DNA from: Eledone cirrhosa
Lineage: Eukaryota
Assembly: GCA_964016885.1 (NCBI GenBank)
Contig: OZ024749.1
Location: 21,328,001 to 21,392,000 of the forward strand
Direction: 5' to 3'
DNA: 64,000 nt
A program made the translations under genes and the position numbers. Below the pieces are notes generated by a model. That model saw nothing but the letters and a program-made list of their open reading frames with translations, searched no databases and was not told the DNA's origin. Positions 1 through 11,253 of this stretch are shown piece by piece (the first letter of the stretch is position 1; each line of letters opens with the position of its first letter).

Positions 1-271
1 TCTATTTTTCGATTTTTTCATTTTTCGATTTTTTTAGATTTTTTCATTTCATCCTTCTTTCGATTTTTTCGATTTTTTCATTTCTTTCTAATTTTCTTCT
101 TTTCCTTTTTTCGATTTTACGATTTTTTAGATTTTTTAATTTTTTCACTATTTCATTTTATCGAATATTCGATTTTCTCGTTTTTTTCATTTTACCATAT
201 TTTCTATTTTTTCTATTTTTTCTATTTTTCGATTTTTCGATTTTTTTCATTTTTTCATTTTCTCAATTTTT
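1..271 (+). repeat. T-rich spacer, long type D (5'-truncated by window edge); typical size 220-300 bp
   Basis: Landmarks ATCCTTCTTTCGA...CACTATTTCA...TTCTCG...TTACCA...TTCTCAATTTTTT, exiting into AGCGTTAGGGTTATGTGTAAGG. Paralogues at ~3159, 5380, 10801, 16006, 18061, 20364, 22071, 26105, 27824, 29984, 32553, 34253, 35666, 42776. Confidence 0.9.
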
Positions 272-405
272 TAGCGTTAGGGTTATGTGTAAGGTTAGCG
301 TTAAGGTTAGGGATAGGTTTAGGGTGTAGGATTTAGGGTTTAGGTTTAGGGTTATGGTTAGGATTAGGGTTAAGGCTAGTGTTAGTGTTACGGTTAGAGT
401 TAGGT

Positions 406-440
<35 letters not shown>

Positions 441-448
441 GGTTACGT

Positions 449-511
449 TTATTCATTTTTTTGATTTTTTCACTATTTTCTATTTTTCATTTCTTCATTT
501 TCTCAATTTTT
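449..511 (+). repeat. T-rich spacer, short type A (~63 bp)
   Basis: Entry TTACGTTTATTCA, body ...TTTCTTCATTTTCTCAATTTTTT, exit AGCGTTAGGGTTATGGGTAAGG. Paralogues at ~2902, 3995, 4996, 5832, 7797, 11261, 13520, 15748, 16896, 17702, 18498, 24840, 30872, 36679, 41413, 42392, 43214. Confidence 0.9.
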
Positions 512-804
512 TAGCGTTAGGGTTATGGGTAAGGTTAGCGTTAAGGTTAGGGATAGGTTTAGGGTTAGGGTTAGGGTTAGGTTTAGGGTTGGGGTTAGGG
601 TTAGTGTTAGGGTTAATGTTTAGGATTTAGGGTTTAGGGTCATGGTTAGGGTTAGGATTAGGTTTAGGGTCAGTGTTAGTGCTCCAGTTACAGTTAGGGT
701 TAGGGTTAGGATGTAGGGTTAGGGTTAGGGTTAGGATTAATGTTTAGCGTTTTGGGTTTAGGGTTAGGGTTAGGATTGGGGTTAGGTTTAGGGTTAGGTC
801 TAGT

Positions 805-836
<32 letters not shown>

Positions 837-1322
837 GTAGGGTTAAATTTAGGGTTAGGGTTAGGGTTAGGGTTAGCGTTAGTGTTAGGGTTAGGGTTAG
901 GACTAGGGTTAGCGTTAAGGTTAGGGTTAGGGTTGGGGTTAGGGTTAGGGTTAGGGTTACGATTAGGATTTAGGGTTAGGGTTAGGGTTAATGTTTAGGA
1001 TTTAGGGTTTAGGGTTATGGTTAGGTTTAGGGTTAGGGTTAGGGTTAGTGTTAGTGTTCCGGTTACAGTTAGGGTTATGGTTAGGATTTAGGGTTAGGTT
1101 TAGGGTTACGATTAATGTTTAGCGTTTTGGGATTAGGGTTAGGGTTAGGATTAGGGTTAGGGTTAGTGTTAGGGTTCGGGGTAGGGTTAAATTTAGGGTT
1201 AGGGTTAGGGTTAGCGTTAGTGTTAGAGTTAGGGGTAGGGTTAGCGTTAAGGTTAGGGTTAGGGTTAGGGTTAGGGTTAGGGTTAGGATTAGGATTTAGG
1301 GTTAGGGTTATGTTTAGGGTTA

Positions 1323-1391
1323 ATAATTTTTCATTTTTACGATTTTTTCATTTTTTCGATCTTTTCGATTTTTTCATTATTTCAATTTTTT
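1323..1391 (+). repeat. T-rich spacer, short type B (40-70 bp)
   Basis: Entry after TTATGTTTAGGGTTAA, body TTTTTCATTTTTACGA...CATTATTTCAATTTTTT, exit AGCGTTAGGGTTAGGGGTATGGATAGG. Paralogues at ~4478, 6359, 8338, 9270, 10391, 11797, 12781, 14065, 15025, 17402, 19018, 31363, 37164, 38704, 41959, 43848, 46407. Confidence 0.88.
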
Positions 1392-1729
1392 AGCGTTAGG
1401 GTTAGGGGTATGGATAGGGTTATTGTTTAGGGTTTAGGGTTTAGGGTTATGGTTAGGGTTAGGGTTAGGGTTAGGGTTAGGGTTAGGGTTAGGTTTACTG
1501 TTAGGTTCAGGGTTAGGGTTAGGGTTATGGTTTAGGATTTAGGGTTTAGGTTTAGGGTTATGGTTATGGTTAGGGTTAAGGTTAGTGTTAGTGTCTCGGT
1601 TAGAGTTAGGGTTAGGGTTAGCGTTTAGGGTTAGGGTTATTGTTATGGTTAGGGTTAGGATTAGGGTTAGTGTTAGTGTTACGGTTAGAGTTAGAGTAAG
1701 GATTAGGGTTTAGGGTTAGGGTTAGGGTT

Positions 1730-2280
1730 AGGGTTAGGTTTAGGGTTTAGGGGTAGGGTTAGGTTTAGGGTTAGGGTTAGGGTTACGTATTTTCATTTTT
1801 TTATTTTTTCAATTTTTCTATTTTTCATTTCTTCATTTTCTTTATTTTTTAGCGTTAGGGTTATGGGTAAGGTTAGCGTTAAGGTTAGGGATAGGTTTAG
1901 GGTTAGGGTTAGGTTTAGGGTTAGAGTTAGGGTCAGGGTTTGGGTTAATGTTTAGGATTTAGGGTTTAGGGTTAGGGTTAGGGTTAGGGTTAGGGTTAGG
2001 GCTAGGGTTAGGGTTAGGGTTAGGGTTAGGGTTAGGGTTAGGTTTAGGGTTTAGGGGTAGGGTTAGGTTTAGGGTTAGGGTTAGGGTTACGTATTTTCAT
2101 TTTTTTTATTTTTTCACTTTTTCTATTTTTCATTTCTTCATTTTCTCTATTTTTTAGCGTTAGTGTTATGGGTAAGGTTAGCGTTAAGGTTAGGGATAGG
2201 TTTAGGGTTAGGGTTAGGTTTAGGGTTAGGGTTAGGGTCAGGGTTTGGGTTAATGTTTAGGATTTAGGGTTTAGGGTTAT
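1730..2280 (+). repeat. Local direct duplication, period ~305 bp (two type-A-like spacers)
   Basis: TTACGTATTTTC at 1783 and 2087; the rare word GGTCAGGGTTTGGGTTAATG has its C at 1934 and 2239. Confidence 0.8.
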
Positions 2281-2399
2281 GGTTAGGGTTAGGATTAGGG
2301 TTAGGATTTAGGGTTAGTGTTAGGGTTAGGATTAATGTTTAGCGTTAGGGTTAGGGTTAATGTTTAGGATTTAGGGTTTAGGGTTATGGTTAGGGTTAG

Positions 2400-4953
2400 G
2401 GTTAGGGTTAGTGTTAGTGTTCCGGTTACAGTTAGGGTTAGGGTTAGGATTTAGGGTTAGGGTTACGGTTAGGGTTTCCTTTCTTTCATTTTTTCGATTT
2501 TTTCATTTTTCGATTTATTCCTTTTTCTATTCTTTTAGATTTTTTTCATTTTTTCGATTTTTTCAATTTTTCGATTTTTTCAAATTTTTTCATTACATTT
2601 AAAAAAATTTTTTAGATTTTTTCATTTTTTCTTTGGGATTTTTCCATTTTTTCATTTTTTCAATTTTTTAGCGTTAGGGTTAGGGGTATGAATTGGGTTA
2701 GTGTTTAGGGTTTAGGGTTTAGGGTTATGGTGAAGGTTAGTGTTAGGTTTAGTGTTAGGGTTAGGGTTAGGGTTAGGGTTAGGGTGTAGGATTTAGGGTT
2801 TAGGTTTAGGGTTATGTTTAGGTTTAGGGTTAAGGCTAGTGTTAGTGTTACGGTTAGAGTTAGGTTTAGGGTTAGGGTTTAGGTTTAGGGTTAGGGTTAC
2901 GTTTATTCATTTTTTTGAATTTTTTCACTTTTTCGATCTTTCATTTCTTCATATTCTCAATTTTTTAGCGTTAGGGTTATGGGTAAGGTTAGCGTTAAGG
3001 TTAGGGATTGGTTTAGAGTTAGGGTTAGGGTTATGTTTAGGTTTAGCGTTAGGGTTAGGGTTAGGGTTAATGTTTATGATTTATGGTTTAGGGTTATGGC
3101 TAGGGTTAGGGTTAGGGTTAGGGTTAGTGTTAGTGTTCCGGTTACAGTTAGGGTTAGGGTTTTTTCATTTTTACGATTTTATCATTTTTCGATTTTTTCA
3201 TTTTTCGATTTTTTTCGATTTTTTCATTTTATCCTTTCGATTTTTTCGATTTTTTCGATTTTTTCATTTCTTTCGAATTTTATTTTTTTTCATTTTTTCG
3301 ATATTACGATTTTTTCGATTTTTTCATTTTTTCACTATTTCATTTCTTCGAATTTTCGATTTTCTCGTTTTTTTTCATTTTACCATTTTTTCGATTTTTT
3401 CTATATTTCGATTTTTTCGATTTTTTCATTTTTTCATTTTCTCAATTTTTTAGCGTTAGGGTTATGTGTAAGATTAGCGTTAAGGTTATGGATAGGTTTA
3501 GTGTTAGGGCTAGGGTTAGGGTTAGGGTTAGGGTTAGGATTAGCGTTAATGTTTAGGATTTAGGGTTTAGGGTTAGGGCTAGGGCTAGGGTTAGGGTTAG
3601 GGTTACGGTTAGGGTTTCCTTTTTTTCATTTTTTCGATTTTTTCATTTTTTCGATTTTTTCAATTTTTCGATTTTTTCAAATTTTTTCAAATTTTTAAAT
3701 TTTTTTTAGATTTTTTCATTTTTTCTGGTTTGGGATTTTTCCATTTTTTCATTTCAATATTTTAGCGTTAGGGTTAGGGGTATGAATTGGGTTAGTGTTT
3801 AGGGTTTAGGGTTTAGTGTTATGGTTAGGGTTAGGGTTAGGTTTAGTGATAGGGTTAGGGTTAGGGTTAGGGTTAGGGTGTAGGATTTAGGGTTTTGGTT
3901 TAGGGTTATGGTTAGGTTCAGGGTTAATGCTAGTGTTTGTGTTACGGTTAGAGTTACGTTTAGGGTTAGGGTTTAGGGGTAGGGTTAGGGTTACGTTTAT
4001 TCATTTTTTGGATTTTTTCACTTTTTCGATCTTTCATTTCTTCATTTTCTCAATTTTTTAGCGTTAGGGTTATGGGTAAGGTTAGCGTTAAGGTTATGGA
4101 TTGATTTAGGGTTAGGGTTAAGTTTAGGCTTAGGGTTAGGGTTAGGGTTAGGGTTAGTGTTAGTGTTCCGATTCAAGTTAATGTTAGGGTTAGGATTTAG
4201 GGTTAGGGTTAGGGTTAGGATTAAAGTTTAGCGTTTTGGGTTTAGGGTTAGGGTTAGGATTAGGTTTAGGCTTAGGGTTAGGTCTAGTGTTAGGGTTAGA
4301 GTTTAGGGTTAGGGTTAGGGGTAGTGTTAAGTTTAAGGTTAGGTTTAGGGTTAGGGTTAGCGTTAGGGTTAGGGTTAGGGTTAGGGGTTGGGTTAGCGTT
4401 AAGTTTAGGGTTAGGGTTAGGGTTAGGGTTAGGATTAGGATTAAGGGTTAGGGTTAGGGTTATGATTAGGGTTAAGGTTTTTTTTCCGATTTTTTCAATT
4501 TTTCGATTTTTTTCGATTTTTTCATTATTTCAATTTTTTAGCGTTAGGGTTAGGGGTATGGATAGGGTTAGTGTTTAGGGTTTATGGTTTAGGGCAATGG
4601 TTAGGGTTAGGGTTAGGTTTAGTGTTAGGTTTAGGGTTAGGGTTAGGGTTAGGGTTTAGGATTTAGGGTTTAGGTTTAGGGTTATGGTTATGTTTAGGTT
4701 AAGTTTTTTCATTTTTACGCATTTTTCAATTTTTCGATTTTTTCGATTTTTTTCATTATTTCAATCATTTAGCGTTAGGGTTAGGGGTATGGATAGGGTT
4801 TAGGGTTTAGGGTTATGGTTAGGGTTAGGGTTAGGGTTATGTTTAGTGTTTAGTTTAGGGTTAGTGTTAGGGTGAGGGTTTAGGATTTAGGGTTTAGGTT
4901 TAGGGTTATGGTTAGGGTTAGTGTTAAGGTTAGTGTTAGTGTTTCGGTTAGAG

Positions 4954-4993
<40 letters not shown>

Positions 4994-5789
4994 TGTTTAT
5001 TCATTTTTTTTATTTTTTTCACTTTTTCGATCTTTCATTTCTTCATTTTCTCAATTTTTTAGCGTTAGGGTTATGGGTAAGGTTAGCGTTAAGGTTAGGG
5101 ATTGGTTTAGAGTTAGGGTTAGGTTTAGGGTTAGGGTTAGGGTTAGGGTTAGGGTTAGGGTTAGGGTTAATGTTTATGATTTTAAGTTTAGGGTTATGGT
5201 TATGGTTAGGGTTAGGGTTAGGGTTAGGGTTAGTGTTAGTGTTCCGGTTACAGTTAGGGTTAGGGTTAGGGTTAGGGTTAGGGTTAGGGTTAGGATTAAT
5301 GTTTAGGATTTAGGGTTTAGGGTTAGGGTTAGGGTTAGGGTTAGTGTTAGTGTTACGGTTACAGTTAGGATTCGGGTTATTTTTACGATTTTTTCATTTT
5401 TCGATTTTTTAATTTTTCGATTTTTTTCGATTTGTTCATTTCATCCTTCTTTCGATTTTTTCGATTTTTTCATTTCTTTCGAATTTTATTTTTTTTTATT
5501 TTTTCGATTCTACGATTTTGTCGATTTTTTCCTTTTTTAACTATTTCATTTTTTCGAATTTTCGATTTTCTCGTTTTTTTCATTTTACCATTTTTTCGAT
5601 TTGTTCTATTTTTCGATTTTTTTCGATTATTTCATTTTTTATTTTCTCAATTTTTTATCGTTAGGGTTATGTGTAAGGTTAGCGTTAAGGTTAGGGATAG
5701 GTTTAGGGTGTAGGATTTAGGGTTTAGGCTTAGGGTTATGGTTAGGTTTAGGGTTAAGGCTAGTGTTAGTGTTACGGTTAGAGTTAGGT

Positions 5790-5820
<31 letters not shown>

Positions 5821-6650
5821 CTAGGGTTACGTTTATTCATTTTTTTTGATTTTTTCACTTTTTCTATTTTTCATTTTTTCATTTTCTCAATTTTTTAGCG
5901 TTAGGGTTATGGGTAATGTTAGCGTTAAGTTTAGGGATAGGTTTAGGGTTAGGGTTAGGGTTAGGGTTAAGTTTAGGGTTAGGGTTAGGTTTAGGGTTAG
6001 GGTTAATGTTTAGGATTTAGGGTTTAGGGTTATGGTTAGGGTTAGGGTTAGGGTTAGGGTTAGTGTTAGTGTTCCGGTTACAGTTAGGGTTAGGGTTAGG
6101 ATTAGGATTAATGCTTAGCGTTTTGGGTTTAGGGTTAGGGTAAGGATTAGGGTTAGGGTTAGGGTTAGGTCTAGTGTTAGGGTTACGGTTTAGGGTTAGG
6201 GTTAGGGGTAGATTTAAGTTTAGGGTTGGGGTTAGGGTTATGGTTAGCGTTAGGGTTAGGGTTAGGGTTAGGGGTAGGGTTAGCGTTAAGTTTAGGGTTA
6301 GGGTTAGGGTTAGGGTTAGGATTTAGGGTTAGGGTTAGGGTTATGTTTAGGGCTAAGGTTTTTTCATTTTTACGATTTTTTCAATTTTTCGATTTTTTTC
6401 GATTTTTTCATTATTTTAATTATTTAGCGTTAGGGTTAGGGGTATGGATAGGGTTAGTGTTTAGGGTTTAGGGTTTAGGGTTATGGTTAGGGTTAGGGTT
6501 AGGGTTAGGGTTAGGTTTAGTGTTAGGTTTAGGGTTAGGGTTAGGGTTTAGGATTTAGTGTTTAGGTTTAGGGTTATGGTTAGGGTTAGGGTTAAGGTTA
6601 GTGTTAGTGTTTCGGTTAGAGTTAGGGTTATGGTTACGGTTATTTAGGGT
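2400..6650 (+). repeat. ~4-kb segment duplicated at ~15,300-19,250; partial third copy at ~41,250-43,330
   Basis: Near-identical translated frames at 2839/15685, 2979/15825, 4236/17160 and 4921/17627. Shared rare words include TTCCGATTCAAGTTAATG, GGATTAAAGTTTAGCG and GGATTCGGGTTATTTTTACG (also at ~42,765). Confidence 0.85.
2475..2669 (+). repeat. T-rich spacer, medium type C (150-200 bp)
   Basis: Entry TTACGGTTAGGGTTTC, internal TTTGGGATTTTTCCATTTTTTCA, exit AGCGTTAGGGTTAGGGGTATGAATTGGG. Paralogues at ~3615, 9621, 15376, 16512, 22821, 23840, 24413, 28400, 29446, 30445, 34829, 35197, 36252, 37634, 39192. Confidence 0.9.
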
Positions 6651-7229
6651 TAGGGTTAGGGTTAGGTTAACGGTTTCGTTTTTTCATTTTTTCGATTTTT
6701 TCATTTTTCGATTTTTTTAGATTTTTTCATTTATTTCGAATTTTCTTTTTTTCATTTTTTCGATTTTACGATTTTTTTGATTTTTTCATTTTTTAACTAT
6801 TTCATTTTTTCGAATTTTCGATTTTCTCGTATTTTTCATTTTACCATTTTTTCGATTTTTTTTTTTCATTTCTTCATTTTCTCAATTTTTTAGCGTTAGG
6901 GTTATGTGTAAGGTTAGCGTTAAGGTTAGGGATACGTTTAGGGTTAGGGTTAGGGTTAGGTTTAGGGTTAGGGTTAGGGTTAGGGTTAGGGTTAATGTTT
7001 AGGATTTAGGGTTTAGGGTTATGGTTAGGGTTAGGGTTAGGGTTAGGGTTAGTGTTAGTGTTAGTGTTGCGGTTACAGTTAGGGTTAGGGTTAGGATTTA
7101 GGGTTAGGGTTAGGGTTAGGATTAATGTTTAGCGTTTTGGGTTAGGGTTAGGGTTAGGGTTAGGGTTAGGTTTAGTGTTAGATTTAGGGCTAGGTTTAGG
7201 GTTAGGGTTAGGGTTAGGGTTAGGGTTAG

Positions 7230-8598
7230 GGTTCAGGATTTAGGGTTTAGGTTTAGGGTTATGGTTAGGGTTAGGGTTAAGGTTAGTGTTAGTGTTTCGG
7301 TTAGAGTTAGGGTTAGGGTTTAGGGTTAGGTTAAGGGTTACGGTTAGGGTTGGGATTAGGGTTAGTGTTAGTGTTACGGTTAGAGTTAGAGTTAGGATTA
7401 GGGTTTAGGGTTAGGGTTAGGGTTAGGGTTAGGTTTAGGGGTAGGGTTAGGTGTAGGGTTAGGGTTAGGGTTAAGTTTTTTCATTTTTTTTATTTTTTCA
7501 CTTTTTTCTATTTTTCGATTTTTTCATTTTTCGATTTTTTTACATTTTTTCATTTTATCCTTTCGATTTTTTCGATTTTTTCATTTCTTTCAAATTTTTT
7601 TTTCATTTTTTCGATTTTACGATTTTTTAGGGTTAGGGTTATGTGTAAGGTTAGCGTTAAGGTTAGGGATAGGTTTAGGGTGTAGGATTTAGGGTTTAGG
7701 TTTAGGGTTATGGTTAGGTTTAGGGTTAAGGCTAGTGTTAGTGTTACGGTTAGAGTTAGGTTTAGGGTTAGTGTTTAGGGTTAGGGTTAGGGTTACGTTT
7801 ATTCATTTTTTTGATTTTTTCACTTTTTCTACATTTCATTTCTTCATTTTCTCAATTTTTTAGCGTTAGGGTTATGGGTAAGGTTAGCGTTAAGGTTAGG
7901 GATAGGTTTAGGGTTAGGGTTAGGGTTAGGTTTAGGGTTAGGGTTAGGGTTAGGGTTAATGTTTAGGATTTAGGGTTTAGGGTTATGGTTAGGGTTAGGA
8001 TTAGGGTTAGGGTTAGTGTTAGTGTTCCGGTTACAGTTAGGGTTAGGATGTAGGGTTAGGGTTTGGGTTAGGATTAATGTTTAGCGTTTTGGGTTTAGGG
8101 TTAGGGTTAGGATTAGGGTTAGGGTTAGGGTTAGGTCTAGTGTTAGGGTTAGGGGTTAGGGTTAGTGTTAGGGGTAGGGTTAAATTTAGGGTTATGGTTA
8201 GGGTTAGGGTTAGCTTTAGTGTTAGGGTTAGGGTTAGGGGTAGGGTTAGCGTTAAGGTTAGGGTTAGTGTTAGGGTTAGGGTTAGGGTTAGGATTAGGAT
8301 TTAGGGTTAGGGTTAGGGTTATGTTTAGGGTTAAGGATTTTTCATTTTTACGATTTTTTCAATTTTTCGATTTTTTCGATTTTTTCATTATTTCAAATTT
8401 TTAGCGTTAGGGTTAGGGATATGAATAGGGTTAGTGTTTAGGGCTTAGGGTTTAGGGTTATGGTTAGGGTTAGGGTTAGGGTTAGGTTTACTGTTAGGTT
8501 TAGGGTTAGGGTTAGGGTTAGGGTTTAGGATTTAGGGTTTAGGTTTAGGGTTATGGTTAGGGTTAGGGTTAAGGTTAGTGTTAGTGTTTCGGTTAGAG

Positions 8599-8638
<40 letters not shown>

Positions 8639-9080
8639 TGATTAGGGTTAGGATTAGGGTTAGTGTTAGTGTTACGGTTAGAGTTAGGTTTAGGTTTAGG
8701 GTTTAGGGGTAGGCTTAGGTTTAGGGTTATGGTTAGGGTTACGTATTTTCATTTTTTTATTTTTTCACTTTTTCTATTTTTCATTTCTTCATTTTCTCAA
8801 TTTTTTAGCGTTAGGGTTATGGGTAAGGTTAGCGTTAAGGTTAGAGATAGGTTTAGGGTTAGGGTTAGGGTTAGGTTTAGGGTTAGGGTTAGGGTTAATG
8901 TTTAGGATTTAGGGTTTATGGTTATGGTTAGGGTTAGGGTTAGGGTTAGGGTTAATGTTAGTGTTCCGGTTACAGTTAGGGTTAGGTTTAGGATTTAGGG
9001 TTAGGGTTAGGGTTAGGATTAATGTTTAGCGTTTTGGGTTTAGGGTTAGGGTTAGGATTAGGGTTAGGCTAAGATCTAGT

Positions 9081-9119
<39 letters not shown>

Positions 9120-9900
9120 TAAATTTAGGGTTATGGTTAGCGTTAGGATTAGCGTTAGTGTTAGGGTTAGGGTTAGGGGTAGGGTTAGCGTTAAGTTTAG
9201 GGTTAGGCTTAGGGTTAGGGTTAGGATTAGGATTTAGGGTTAGGGTTAGGGTTATGTTTAGGGTTAAGGATTTTTCATTTTTACGATTTTTTCAATTTTT
9301 CGAATTTTTCATTATTTCAATTTTTAGCGTTAGGGTTAGGAGTATGGATAGGGTTAGTGTTTTAGCGTTAATGTTTAGGATTTAGGGTTTAGGGTTAGGG
9401 CTAGGGTTAGGGTTATGGTTAGGGTTAGGGTTAGGTTTAGGTTTAGTGTTAGGGTTAGGGTTAGGGTTAGGGTTAGGGTTAGGGTTAGGATTAGCGTTAA
9501 TGTTTAGGATTTATGGTTTAGTGTTAGGGCTAGGGTTAGGGTTAGGGTTAGTGTTAGTGTTAGTGTTACGGTTACAGTTAGTGTTAGGGTTAGGATTTAG
9601 GGTTAGGGTTACGGTTAGGGTTTCCTTTTTTTCATTTTTTCGACTTTTTCATTTTTCGATTTATTCATTTTTCTATTCTTTTAGATTTTTTTCATTTTTT
9701 CGATTTTTTCAATTTTTCGATTTTTTCAAATTTTTTCATTACATTTAAAAAAATTTTTTAGATTTTTTCATTTTTTCTTTGGGATTTTTCCATTTTTTCA
9801 TTTTTTTTAATTTTTTAGCGTTAGGGTTAGGGGTATGAATTGGGTTAGTGTTTAGGGTTTAGGGTTTAGGGTTATGGTGAAGGTTAGGGTTAGGTTTAGT
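7230..9900 (+). repeat. ~2.7-kb segment duplicated at ~12,960-15,600 (offset ~5.73-5.75 kb)
   Basis: ORF pairs 7350/13099, 8077/13805 and 8165/13893. Shared rare words CTACATTTCA, TTAGCTTTAGTG, GGGGTAGGCTTAGG and TTACATTTAAAAAAATTT. Confidence 0.85.
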
Positions 9901-10236
9901 GTTAGGGTTAGGGTTATGGTTAGTGTTAGTGTTCCGGTTACAGTTAGGGTTAGGGTTAGGATTTAGGGTTAGGGTTAGGGTTAATGTTTAGGATTTAGGG
10001 TTTAGGGTTATGGTTAGGTTTAGGGTTAGGGTTAGGGTTAGTGTTAGTGTTCCGGTTACAGTTAGGGTTAGGGTTAGGATTTAGGGTTAGGGTTAGGGTT
10101 AATGTTTAGGATTTAGGGTTTAGGGTTATGGTTAGGGTTAGGGTTAGGGTTAGGGTTAGGGTTAGGATTAATGTTTAGCGTTTTGGGTTTAGGGTTAGGG
10201 TTAGGATTAGGGTTAGGATTTAGGGTTAGGTCTAGT

Positions 10237-10268
<32 letters not shown>

Positions 10269-11029
10269 GTAGGGTTAAATTTAGGGTTAGGGTTAGGGTT
10301 AGGATTAGGATTTAGGGTTAGGGTTAGGGGTAGGGTTAGGGTTAGGATTATGATTAAGGGTTAGGGTTAGGGTTATGTTTAGGGTTAAGGATTTTTCATT
10401 TTTACGATTTTTTCATTATTTCAATTTTTAGCGTTAGGGTTAGGGGTATGGATAGGGTTAGTGTTTAGTGTTTAGGGTTTAGGGTTACGGTTAGGGTTAA
10501 GCTTAGGGTTAGGGTTAGGTTTAGTTTTAGGTTTAGGGTTAGGGTTAGGGTTAGTGTTTAGGATTTAGGGTTTAGGTTTAGGGTTATGGTTAGTGTTAGT
10601 GTTAAATTTAGTGTTAGTGTTTCGGTTAGAGTTAGGCTTAGGGTTTCGGGTTAGGGTTAGGGTTATGGTTAGGGTTAGGATTAGGGTTAGTGTTAGTGTT
10701 ACGGTTAGAGTTAGAGTTAGGATTAGGATTTAGGGTTAGGGTTAGGGTTAGGGTTAGGTTTAGGGGTAGGGTTAGGTTTTGGGTTAGGGTTAGGGTTACG
10801 TTTTTTCATTTTTTCACTTTTTCTATTTTTCTATTTTTTTATTTTTCGATTCTTTTAGATTTTTTCATTTTATCCTTCTTTCGATTTTTTCGATATTTTC
10901 AATTCTTTCGAATTTTCTTTTTTTCATTTTTTCGATTTTACGATTTTTTCGATTTTTTAATTTTTTCACTATTTCATTTTTTCGAATTTTCGATTTACTC
11001 GTTTTTTTCATTTTACCATTTTTTCGATT

Positions 11030-11218
11030 TTTTTCAATTTTTCGATTTTTTCGATTTTTTCATTTTTTCATTTTCTCAATTTTTTAGCGTTAGGGTTATG
11101 TGTAAGGTTAGCGTTAAGGTTAGGGATAGGTTTAGGGTGTAGGATTTAGGGTTTAGGTTTAGGGTTATGGTTAGGTTTAGGGTTAAGGCTAGTGTTAGTG
11201 TTACGGTTAGAGTTAGGT

Positions 11219-11253
<35 letters not shown>

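Noticed and set aside
449-511. T-blocks as poly(A) tails or remnants of telomere-targeting non-LTR retrotransposons (TRAS/SART/HeT-A-like), including minus-strand AATAAA from TTTATT
   Set aside because: No RT/endonuclease/gag sequence, no UTR-like unique sequence and no target-site duplications. The tracts are periodic T5-7 runs rather than a tail, and TTTATT is expected by chance here.
2635-2646. GGGATTTTTCC in type-C spacers resembling a Rel/NF-kB site or small hairpin
   Set aside because: Spacing is one base longer than the canonical 10-bp kB site, the stem is only ~3 bp, and recurrence is explained by duplication of the spacer.
2839-3563. Longest overlapping ORFs resembling multi-pass membrane proteins
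   Set aside because: Hydrophobicity comes from TTT/ATT/TTC codons in the T-rich spacer. Two frames are open simultaneously, as expected for stop-poor low-complexity DNA.
5380-5657. T-runs as intrinsic or Pol III terminators
   Set aside because: No GC-rich hairpins and no recognisable upstream tRNA/5S/A-B box gene; T-runs are simply the satellite unit.
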